The position numbers and the translations under genes are program-made. Under the pieces are notes generated by a model that saw only the letters and a list, made by a program, of their open reading frames with translations, did not search any database and had not been told where the DNA came from. From contig JALFJR010000056.1 of the NCBI GenBank assembly GCA_022775005.1, positions 19,151 through 83,150 on the forward strand: a stretch of DNA of 64,000 nucleotides. Direction: 5' to 3'. This stretch comes from Parabacteroides sp. (GTDB lineage: Bacteria; Bacteroidota; Bacteroidia; Bacteroidales; Tannerellaceae). Numbering within the stretch: position 1 is the stretch's first letter; each line of letters begins with the position of its first letter. Positions 28,203-35,833 of this stretch are shown piece after piece.

Positions 28203-29522
28203 ATGACATACCAAGAGACACTTCATTATCTATATACCCGTGTCCCGATGTTCCAGCAGAGCGGCGCTTCCGCTTACAAGCCCGGGCTCGGCACGACGAT
28301 CGCCCTCGACGATCATTTAAGTAATCCCCATAAAGCATACAAGACGATTCACGTGGCCGGGACGAACGGCAAAGGCTCTGTCAGCCACCTGTTGGCGGCG
28401 ATTCTGCGGCAGGCGGGCTATAAGGTGGGGCTTTATACCTCTCCGCATCTGCTTGATTTCCGGGAGCGTATCCGGGTGAATGGCGAGAAGGCGAGCGAGG
28501 CCTACGTGGTGGATTTCGTGGAGCGGCACCGGGCTTTCTTTGAGCCGCTGCATCCCTCTTTCTTTGAATTGACCACGGCGATGGCCTTTCAGTATTTCAA
28601 GGAGCAGGCTGTGGATATCGCCGTGATCGAGGTAGGCTTAGGAGGACGGTTGGATTGTACCAACATCATCACGCCGCTGCTCGGCATTATCACCAATATC
28701 AGCTTCGACCATACCCAGTTCCTGGGCAATACCTTGGGGCAGATCGCCGCTGAGAAGGCAGGTATCGCCAAGGCTGGCGTTCCCTTGCTGCTCGGCGAGA
28801 GCGCGGAGCCGGTCATTTATGATACGATCGCCCAAAAGGCGAAGGAGAAGGGAGCTCTTTTCCATTTCGCTCCGGAGATGGCGCTGATGGCCGATGACTA
28901 TGAGCTGACTCCCGACCACACACTGTGTTTCCATTCGAAGGAGTATGGGCCGGTATATGGCGAACTGCTCGGAGATGCGCAGCCTTGCAACGCGAAGACC
29001 GTGCTCTCGGCCCTCCATATCCTGCGTGAGGAGGTGGGGCTTTCCCTCTCGCCGGAGGCCGTGAAGGAGGGATTCCGCTCCGTGACCAGTTTGACCGGAC
29101 TGATGGGGCGCTGGCAGCGGGTGGCAGACGAGCCTTGCGCTATCTATTGCGACACGGGGCATAACGTAGGCGGCTGGCAGCACCTGGCCAAGACGTTAGC
29201 GGATGCCCAACGAGCGGCAAGTGGTACGCTGCGGATGGTGGTCGGCATGGTGGCTGATAAGGATGTGGATAGTGTGCTGGCGCTGATGCCCAAAGAGGCA
29301 ACCTATTATTTCACGCAGGCCTCGGTCAGCCGGGCGATGCCGGTGGAGACGTTTGCGGAGAAAGCCGCATCGCATGGATTGCGAGGAGCCACCTACCCAA
29401 CGGTGGGCGAGGCGGTGAAGGCGGCGCGGCAGGCAGCCGATCCCCACGACACCATTTTCATCGGAGGCAGCACCTTCATTGTGGCGGATGCGCTCCCCCT
29501 GTTTCCAGAAGCAATCAAATAA
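28203..29522 (+). CDS. folC: Folylpolyglutamate synthase / dihydrofolate synthase
   Basis: MTYQETLHYLYTRVPMFQQSG... with the Mur-ligase P-loop HVAGTNGKGS. Start moved from 28065 to 28203. Confidence 0.9.
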   Translation: MTYQETLHYLYTRVPMFQQSGASAYKPGLGTTIALDDHLSNPHKAYKTIHVAGTNGKGSVSHLLAAILRQAGYKVGLYTSPHLLDFRERIRVNGEKASEAYVVDFVERHRAFFEPLHPSFFELTTAMAFQYFKEQAVDIAVIEVGLGGRLDCTNIITPLLGIITNISFDHTQFLGNTLGQIAAEKAGIAKAGVPLLLGESAEPVIYDTIAQKAKEKGALFHFAPEMALMADDYELTPDHTLCFHSKEYGPVYGELLGDAQPCNAKTVLSALHILREEVGLSLSPEAVKEGFRSVTSLTGLMGRWQRVADEPCAIYCDTGHNVGGWQHLAKTLADAQRAASGTLRMVVGMVADKDVDSVLALMPKEATYYFTQASVSRAMPVETFAEKAASHGLRGATYPTVGEAVKAARQAADPHDTIFIGGSTFIVADALPLFPEAIK

Positions 29523-29540
29523 CTGTAAACTATAAGAATC

Positions 29541-30899
29541 ATGACAGAAAAAATGCAACAGAAGCTGAGCGACTCGAAAGTCGCTCGTTGGAGTGTGCTG
29601 GCCTTGGTGGCCTTCACGATGCTGACCGGCTACATCCTGACCGACGTGATGTCGCCGCTGAAACCGATGCTGGAGGAGCAACTCGGCTGGAACAGTACGG
29701 AATATGGCTTTTTCACGAGTGCCTATGGCTGGTTTAACGTGTTCCTTTTCATGCTGATCATCGGCGGAATCATCCTCGACAAGATGGGCGTGCGCTTCAC
29801 CGGCTTGGCCTCTTGCGTCTTGATGATCATTGGTTGTGGCATCAAGTATTGGGCCATTTCAGACGCTTTCTCGATGGAGGGCGAGCTGTTTGGCTGGAAG
29901 GCGCAGGTGATGGTGGCCGCGTTGGGCTATGCCCTGTTTGGCGTAGGCGTGGAGACAGCCGGTATCACGGTCTCGAAAATTATCGTCCGTTGGTTCAAGG
30001 GCAAGGAGATGGCCTTGGCGATGGGCTTGGAGATGGCAACGGCCCGTCTCGGTACGGCTATGGCGCTCTCCATCACGGTGCCTTTCGCTACCTATTTCCA
30101 AAGCATCGCCGCTCCGATCTTGCTCTGCCTGATCATGCTCTGCATCGGCTTGATCACCTTCTTGGTGTTCTGCGTGATGGATCGTAAGCTCGACGCTTCC
30201 GCTGGCGCAGATGAGGAGGAGGCCGAGGAGCCGTTCCGCTTGAAAGACATCTTGGTGATCGTCACCAGCAAGGGCTTCTGGTTGATCGCCTTGCTCTGCG
30301 TGCTGTTCTATTCAGCCGTCTTCCCCTTCTTGAAGTATGCGACCGACTTGATGGTCAACAAATACAATGTCGATCCGGAGTTGGCGGGCAATATCCCGGC
30401 CATCCTTCCTTTCGGTACGATCTTGCTGACCCCCTTCTTTGGCAACCTCTACGACCGCAAGGGAAAGGGCGCTACGATCATGATGTATGGCGCGTTGATG
30501 CTGATCGGCGTGCACCTGTTGTTCACCCTGCCCATCCTGAATGAGTGGTGGTTCGCCACGATCGTGATGATCGTGCTGGGCATCGCCTTCTCGTTGGTCC
30601 CCTCCGCCATGTGGCCCTCCGTGCCCAAGATCATCCCGGAGAAACAGTTGGGAACGGCCTACGCCATGATCTTCTGGGTGCAGAATATTGGTTTGAGTAT
30701 GGTGCCGCTGTTGATCGGTTGGATCCTCGACACCTATTGCAAGGTAGATAACGGCACCGGCAAGATCGCTTACGACTATACGCTCCCGATGGCTGTCTTC
30801 ACCGGTTTCGGCGTCTTGGCGCTCTTCATCGCCCTCCTGCTGAAGCGTGAGGACAAGCGCAAAGGCTATGGCTTGGAGTTGCCGAATATCAAGGGATAA
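29541..30899 (+). CDS. MFS transporter
   Basis: 452 aa with about 12 TM segments and MFS-type loops. Substrate unknown. Confidence 0.7.
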   Translation: MTEKMQQKLSDSKVARWSVLALVAFTMLTGYILTDVMSPLKPMLEEQLGWNSTEYGFFTSAYGWFNVFLFMLIIGGIILDKMGVRFTGLASCVLMIIGCGIKYWAISDAFSMEGELFGWKAQVMVAALGYALFGVGVETAGITVSKIIVRWFKGKEMALAMGLEMATARLGTAMALSITVPFATYFQSIAAPILLCLIMLCIGLITFLVFCVMDRKLDASAGADEEEAEEPFRLKDILVIVTSKGFWLIALLCVLFYSAVFPFLKYATDLMVNKYNVDPELAGNIPAILPFGTILLTPFFGNLYDRKGKGATIMMYGALMLIGVHLLFTLPILNEWWFATIVMIVLGIAFSLVPSAMWPSVPKIIPEKQLGTAYAMIFWVQNIGLSMVPLLIGWILDTYCKVDNGTGKIAYDYTLPMAVFTGFGVLALFIALLLKREDKRKGYGLELPNIKG

Positions 30900-30904
30900 A
30901 ACAA

Positions 30905-30937
30905 ATTCGGAGGCACCTTTGCCCGGTGTCTCCGAAT
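30905..30937 (+). terminator. Stem-loop downstream of the MFS gene
   Basis: 13-bp stem ATTCGGAGGCACC / GGTGTCTCCGAAT with one G.T pair and a 7-nt loop. The tail is not U-rich. Confidence 0.4.
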
Positions 30938-31000
30938 CACCTCTTCATCTCAATTGCCAATGGAGTGAAAGGATTCGCGTGATTTTAAAGAGTTAGTGGT

Positions 31001-33103
31001 ATGAACAAGTGTTTTTTGACGTTGGTGGCTGCGATGACCCTGCTGGGGTCGTTGATGGCTGAGATGTTTGCGGCGGATGGGCAGCCAGCCGGTGCTCCCG
31101 TAAAGGTGGCATGCGTAGGTAATAGCGTGACATACGGTTTTGGCATTGAGGATCGGGAGGTGAATAGCTATCCCGCTCAGTTGCAACGTTTGTTGGGCGA
31201 TGGCTACGAGGTGCGAAACTTTGGTAGGAGTGGGGCGACGCTGTCGAGGAATGGGCACCGCCCTTACCATCTGACGGAGGAGTATCAGCAGGCCATGGCT
31301 TTCGCTGCCGACAAGGTGGTGATTCATTTAGGACTGAATGATACCGACCCGCGCAACTGGCCCAACTACCGGGATCAGTTCGTGAGCGATTACCTGACGT
31401 TGATCAACGCTTTTCGGGAGGTCAATCCCGATTGTGAGATCTGGGTCTGCCGGATGACCCCGATCTTTCATGGCCATTCCCGTTTCAAATCGGGCACCCG
31501 TGACTGGTTCTGGCAAATTCAGCGAAAGATCGAGGCGGTGGCGGCTTCGGCGCATACCGGGCTGATCGATTTTCATCCGCGGCTTTACCAACGTCCGGAT
31601 CTGATGCCCGATAACTTGCATCCCAATGCGGAGGGTGCCGGATTCTTGGCGCAGGCGGTTTACGGACATCTGACCGGCGACTTCGGAGGCTTGCGGTTGC
31701 CCATCACCTATTCCGACAATATGGTGTTGCAACGTGGAAAGCCGTTGCGCATAGCCGGGCAGGCGAATGCCCGCGAAACAGTGACGGTGAAGGTGGCCGG
31801 CGAGAAGGCCAAGACGGTGGCTGCGGCCGATGGACAATGGACAGTCACCTTGCCGCCGTTGAAGGCGGGTGGTCCCTATACGCTGGAGATCAATGCCGCA
31901 TCCGGAAAGAAAACCTACAAGAACGTGCTGGTTGGAGAGGTATGGCTCTGCTCGGGACAGTCGAACATGGCTTTCCGGGTGGATCAATCCGTGAAAGAGG
32001 AGCTGGAGGCCTCGCTGCGGCACGCGGCCACCTCCCCGCAGATACGTCTGTTTGATATGCAGCCTCGTTGGTACACGAACGACGTGGAATGGGAAACCTC
32101 GGTGCTCGATTCGCTGAACCGCCTGCAATACTATGCCGATACCCAATGGACCGCATGTAATGAGCAGACGGTGAAAGGATTCTCGGCTGTGGCGTATGCC
32201 TTCGGAAAGATGTTGGCGGATAGCTTGGGTGTCCCCATCGGACTGATTCATAACTCGGTGGGAGGGGCACCGACGGAGGCTTGGATCGACCGCAAGACGG
32301 TGGAGTTTGCCTTTCCGGATATCCTCTACAACTGGGCGAAGAATGATTTCGTGCAGGACTGGGTGCGGGGACGCGGCGCGAAGAACATCGCCAAAGCGAC
32401 CAACAAGGCTCAACGGCATCCCTATCAGCCTTGTTACCTGTATGAGGCGGGGATCGCTCCGTTAGGGCAGTTCCCTTTGCGCGGATTTATCTGGTATCAG
32501 GGGGAGTCGAACGCGCACAATTTAGAGGCACACGAGCGGCTCTTCCAGTTGCTGGCCGATAGCTGGCGGAAGAACTGGCAAGAGGAATTGCCGCTCTACT
32601 ATGTGCAACTTTCCAGCCTGAACCGTCCCAGTTGGACCTGGTTTCGCGACAGTCAGCGCCGCTTGATGACGCAGGTGCCGCAGGTCGGAATGGCTGTCAG
32701 CAGTGATCGGGGAGACTCGCTCAATGTGCATCCTCGCCAGAAGCGGGAGGTGGGCGAGCGGTTGGCGCTTTGGGCCTTGAATCGCACCTATGGCCACGCC
32801 TGCGTACCTTCCGGACCGCTGTTCACCGCTTTGCAGACCGAGGGAAATGTGGCCTACCTGTCGTTCGATTATGCCGAAGGGTTGCATAGCGCCGATGGAG
32901 CGCCCTTGCGTACGTTTGAGGTGGCAGAGGAGGAAGACCGCTACGTGCCTGCCCAGGCGAAGGTGGTGGGAAACCAGGTGAAGGTGTGGAGTGAAGAGGT
33001 GCGGCATCCCCGTTACATCCGTTATGGCTGGCAACCCTTCACACGAGCGAACTTGGTGAATGGAGCGGGTTTGCCAGCCTCTACATTTCAGTGTGGTGAA
33101 TAA
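31001..33103 (+). CDS. Two-domain sialate O-acetylesterase (SGNH hydrolase + SASA/DUF303 domain)
   Basis: Signal peptide, an SGNH block I (VACVGNSVTYG), then a second esterase domain with the LCSGQSNM hallmark. The architecture resembles NanS-type esterases of oral and gut Bacteroidales. Confidence 0.75.
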   Translation: MNKCFLTLVAAMTLLGSLMAEMFAADGQPAGAPVKVACVGNSVTYGFGIEDREVNSYPAQLQRLLGDGYEVRNFGRSGATLSRNGHRPYHLTEEYQQAMAFAADKVVIHLGLNDTDPRNWPNYRDQFVSDYLTLINAFREVNPDCEIWVCRMTPIFHGHSRFKSGTRDWFWQIQRKIEAVAASAHTGLIDFHPRLYQRPDLMPDNLHPNAEGAGFLAQAVYGHLTGDFGGLRLPITYSDNMVLQRGKPLRIAGQANARETVTVKVAGEKAKTVAAADGQWTVTLPPLKAGGPYTLEINAASGKKTYKNVLVGEVWLCSGQSNMAFRVDQSVKEELEASLRHAATSPQIRLFDMQPRWYTNDVEWETSVLDSLNRLQYYADTQWTACNEQTVKGFSAVAYAFGKMLADSLGVPIGLIHNSVGGAPTEAWIDRKTVEFAFPDILYNWAKNDFVQDWVRGRGAKNIAKATNKAQRHPYQPCYLYEAGIAPLGQFPLRGFIWYQGESNAHNLEAHERLFQLLADSWRKNWQEELPLYYVQLSSLNRPSWTWFRDSQRRLMTQVPQVGMAVSSDRGDSLNVHPRQKREVGERLALWALNRTYGHACVPSGPLFTALQTEGNVAYLSFDYAEGLHSADGAPLRTFEVAEEEDRYVPAQAKVVGNQVKVWSEEVRHPRYIRYGWQPFTRANLVNGAGLPASTFQCGE

Positions 33104-33139
33104 GATGGATCGCTGATTGTGCCTTGACGGATCGGGCGC

Positions 33140-34546
33140 TTATCGCCCGAAGTTGAAGATCGGCGATTCCGTACGGGCATGATCCATGATCGTGACTAAC
33201 TCGGTCACCTTGGCGGGATAGACGGCAGCCAAGTTGCGATCCTCATGCGGATCCTCGCGCAAGTTATACAGCTCGACCCTCGTGTCGCCGTTGATCGGCT
33301 GGCGAATCAGTTTCCAGTCGCCCATGCGGATTGCCTGACGGCCCTTCTCCTCATGAAACTCCCAGTATAAAAAAGCATGCTCCTGCTGGCCCTCCTTCCC
33401 CAGCAACGTAGGCAGGTAAGAGATGCCATCGGTGTAGGTGCCCAATTTCACGCCGGTCAGATCGGCCAAGGTAGGCATCAGATCCCAAAAGGCGGCCTGA
33501 TGCCAGCTCTTTACGCCCGAGGGGATTACCCCCGGCAGCCAGGCCAAGAAGGGCACGCGTATGCCGCCCTCATACATCTCGCGCTTGATGCCGCGCAGTG
33601 GGCCGTAACTCTTGAAGAAATCAGGATCGGCTCCTCCTTCCCGATGCGGACCGTTGTCGGAGGTGAAAAAGAGCATCGTGTTCTTGTCTAACCCCAACCG
33701 CTTCAGCTCCTCCATGATCTCGCCCACATACCGGTCGAGACGGGTGATCATCGCGGCGAACGAGGCTTTCGGCTTCAAGGAGGTGTCGTAGCCGCCAATC
33801 CCTTCCTGATAGCCCTGCTCGGAGATATAGGCCTTCTCCTCAAACCGATCCTCATACATCCGATAGAGTTCGTCGTGCGGCAGGTTCAACTCCGCGTGGG
33901 GGATGGTGTAGGTCAGCATCGCGAAGAAAGGCTCCGCCTGATGGGCGCGGATAAAGCGCATCGCCCGTTCGTGGATTAGGTCTTGCGAATAAGCCTGATG
34001 CCCCTTGTCTCTATTCTCCGGGATCTCTACCCGCTGCTCGTTCTCCCACAGATGATCCGGATAATAGGTGTGCGCCTGGCGCTGGCAATTATAACCGAAA
34101 AACTCGTCGAAGCCCATCTTGTTGGGGGTCGATTCCGAGCCGGGCATCCCCAAGCCCCACTTGCCAAAGAGGCCGGTGCGATAGCCGGCGTTCTGCATCA
34201 GGCGGGCAATCGTGTAGGTGTCTTTCCCCATCGGCTCCTGTCCCTCCGGCCTGATCTCCTTGTTTCCCCGGATTTGCGCATGGCCGGTGTGCAAACCGGT
34301 CATGATAGAGCAGCGCGAGGGGGCGCTCACCGGACATCCGGCGTAATGCTGCATAAACTGCATCCCCTCTCGCGCCATGCGATCGAGATGGGGGGTCTGG
34401 ATATAGGGCTGTCCGTAACAGCCCAAATCGCCATACCCCATATCGTCGCACAAGATGAAAATCACATTCATCGGGGCGTTCTCTTCCGCCCCGATAACCT
34501 GCGATCCTAAGCCTATCAAGGCTGTAAGCCAAAAACTCTTCTTCAT
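33140..34546 (-). CDS. Ser-type sulfatase (S1 family, arylsulfatase/GalNAc-6-sulfatase-like)
   Basis: Signal peptide and metal-site motif FILCDDMGYGD. The sulfatase signature PVSAPSRCSIMTG has Ser at the formylglycine position. The start ATG overlaps the stop of the upstream gene (ATGA). Confidence 0.85.
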   Translation of the reverse strand: MKKSFWLTALIGLGSQVIGAEENAPMNVIFILCDDMGYGDLGCYGQPYIQTPHLDRMAREGMQFMQHYAGCPVSAPSRCSIMTGLHTGHAQIRGNKEIRPEGQEPMGKDTYTIARLMQNAGYRTGLFGKWGLGMPGSESTPNKMGFDEFFGYNCQRQAHTYYPDHLWENEQRVEIPENRDKGHQAYSQDLIHERAMRFIRAHQAEPFFAMLTYTIPHAELNLPHDELYRMYEDRFEEKAYISEQGYQEGIGGYDTSLKPKASFAAMITRLDRYVGEIMEELKRLGLDKNTMLFFTSDNGPHREGGADPDFFKSYGPLRGIKREMYEGGIRVPFLAWLPGVIPSGVKSWHQAAFWDLMPTLADLTGVKLGTYTDGISYLPTLLGKEGQQEHAFLYWEFHEEKGRQAIRMGDWKLIRQPINGDTRVELYNLREDPHEDRNLAAVYPAKVTELVTIMDHARTESPIFNFGR

Positions 34547-35379
34547 GCCTGTTCTGTTTCGGATTCTTCGGGCATAACGGGCTGTGTGATCGGTTCCTTT
34601 GCCTTGGCCGCCCGGGTCTGACGGGCTTTCAGCGTAGCCTTCTGCTCGGCGATCAACACGTTCATGCGGTTGATGAAAGGCAGGTAGGCGGTATCGCCCT
34701 CCACTTTCGCCAGCAGGTTCACGACATCTACCAAATGGGTGTAAGTGGCCTCCGCCTCAGTGCGGGTACGCTTCACGGCTCCCACCTCCTTCTCAGAACG
34801 CACATCGGTGCGAGCGGCGACGGCAGCTAAGTAGTTGTTCTCCGCCGTATCCAACGCGTTAAACCACTCCTCGTAATGAATCTTGCTCCGATCCTGGGCC
34901 GGAATGGCCTGAATGTCTTGGATGAGGTTGTGCAGCGCACCACTCTCCTGCACGACTGGCAGATAGGTCAAGTCGCCATACTTGTCGAACTCCGCCTTTA
35001 GTCGCTCCGCGATCGCTGCCAACTCCGGATTCGGGTGCGCGGTCATCGCCTTGATATAGGCGTTGTTGCTCCGCCACAGCCTGTCGCGCAGCTCCTCGTA
35101 GGCTTTTGCCTCCGCTGAATCCGCAGTGCTGCTCTCCAAAGCGACGTCAAACGCCTGGTAAGCCGCCTCAAACGCATTGATGGGCGCCTCCAACATGGCG
35201 TTGATCACCTCGCCAGAGCCAGACAGCGCACTTACACCTCCCTCGACACTGACAACATCAGGGTTTTCCGGCTCTGCCTCTTTCTGCAAATAAGGCAACA
35301 GGCTCATCACTAATTTGAAATAACCAAAAGCCTCCTCGTTGCGGAGACGACTCAGACTTAAAATAGAAATTTGTTCCAT
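34543..35379 (-). CDS. Uncharacterised helical protein, paralog A (family shared with 60930..61736)
   Basis: MEQISILSLSRLRNEEAFGYF... with a C-terminal ...FINRMNVLIAEQ... and an acidic tail PEESETEQA. Start set to ATG 35379 because the -7 element at 35419-35426 lies over the track start 35421. Confidence 0.6.
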   Translation of the reverse strand: MEQISILSLSRLRNEEAFGYFKLVMSLLPYLQKEAEPENPDVVSVEGGVSALSGSGEVINAMLEAPINAFEAAYQAFDVALESSTADSAEAKAYEELRDRLWRSNNAYIKAMTAHPNPELAAIAERLKAEFDKYGDLTYLPVVQESGALHNLIQDIQAIPAQDRSKIHYEEWFNALDTAENNYLAAVAARTDVRSEKEVGAVKRTRTEAEATYTHLVDVVNLLAKVEGDTAYLPFINRMNVLIAEQKATLKARQTRAAKAKEPITQPVMPEESETEQA

Positions 35380-35418
35380 ATCGTTTGTCGTTTTAAAGTT
35401 ACGGCAATATCGCCATGC

Positions 35419-35426
35419 CAAAGATA
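35419..35426 (-). promoter_or_regulatory. -7 element TATCTTTG for paralog A
   Basis: Text caaagata is the reverse complement of TAnnTTTG, 40 nt upstream of ATG 35379. Confidence 0.45.
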
Positions 35427-35482
35427 GGCAAAGACAAGAGATAAAGCACTATTGACAGCTAAGAATCATGCGCGAAACGAGT

Positions 35483-35680
35483 AAAAAACTTTTAGAAGCC
35501 GTTTCGCAAGCTTCGACGGCACGAAAAAACTTTTAGAGGTCGTTTCGCAAGCTACGACGGCACGAAAAAACTTTTATAAGCCGTTTCGCAAGCTACGACG
35601 GCACAAAAAAACTTTTATAAGCCGTTTCGCAAGCTACGACAGCGCAAAAAAACTTTTAGAAGCCGTTTCGCGCATACGGA
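35483..35680. repeat. Tandem array A: about 5 copies of a 41-bp unit AAAAAACTTTTAGAAGCCGTTTCGCAAGCTACGACGGCACG
   Basis: The C that follows each A-tract is at 35489, 35530, 35571, 35612 and 35653, an exact 41-bp period. Each unit contains the imperfect inverted repeat GCCGT(TT)CG-N7-CGACGGC. Confidence 0.9.
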
Positions 35681-35777
35681 GGCGACACGGTGGAAATGTT
35701 AGTGGGTTTTCGGGCGCAAAAATAGCCTGTTCCTTGAATTGTGCGGGGCTTGGGCGCTGATTCGTCGCTATTTTCAT

Positions 35778-35785
35778 TACTTTTG
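35778..35785 (+). promoter_or_regulatory. -7 element TACTTTTG for the C10 peptidase gene
   Basis: Matches TAnnTTTG 49 nt upstream of ATG 35834. The palindrome GGGCAATTTGCCC at 35800-35812 lies in the leader. Confidence 0.45.
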
Positions 35786-35833
35786 CTTCGCAAATTTCCG
35801 GGCAATTTGCCCTTCATAATAAACTTCTAAACA

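Noticed and set aside
31328-32419. 363-aa minus-strand ORF (plus the nested ORF 31890..32270)
   Set aside because: It lies entirely antisense to the sialate O-acetylesterase gene, which has clear SGNH and GQSNM motifs. The translation is Arg/Pro/His-rich with no recognisable motif. This is a typical shadow ORF in GC-rich coding sequence.
35483-35680. Possible CRISPR array (also considered for 61814..62100)
   Set aside because: The repeat units are contiguous, with no unique spacers between them. No cas genes are present in the window. These are plain tandem repeats.
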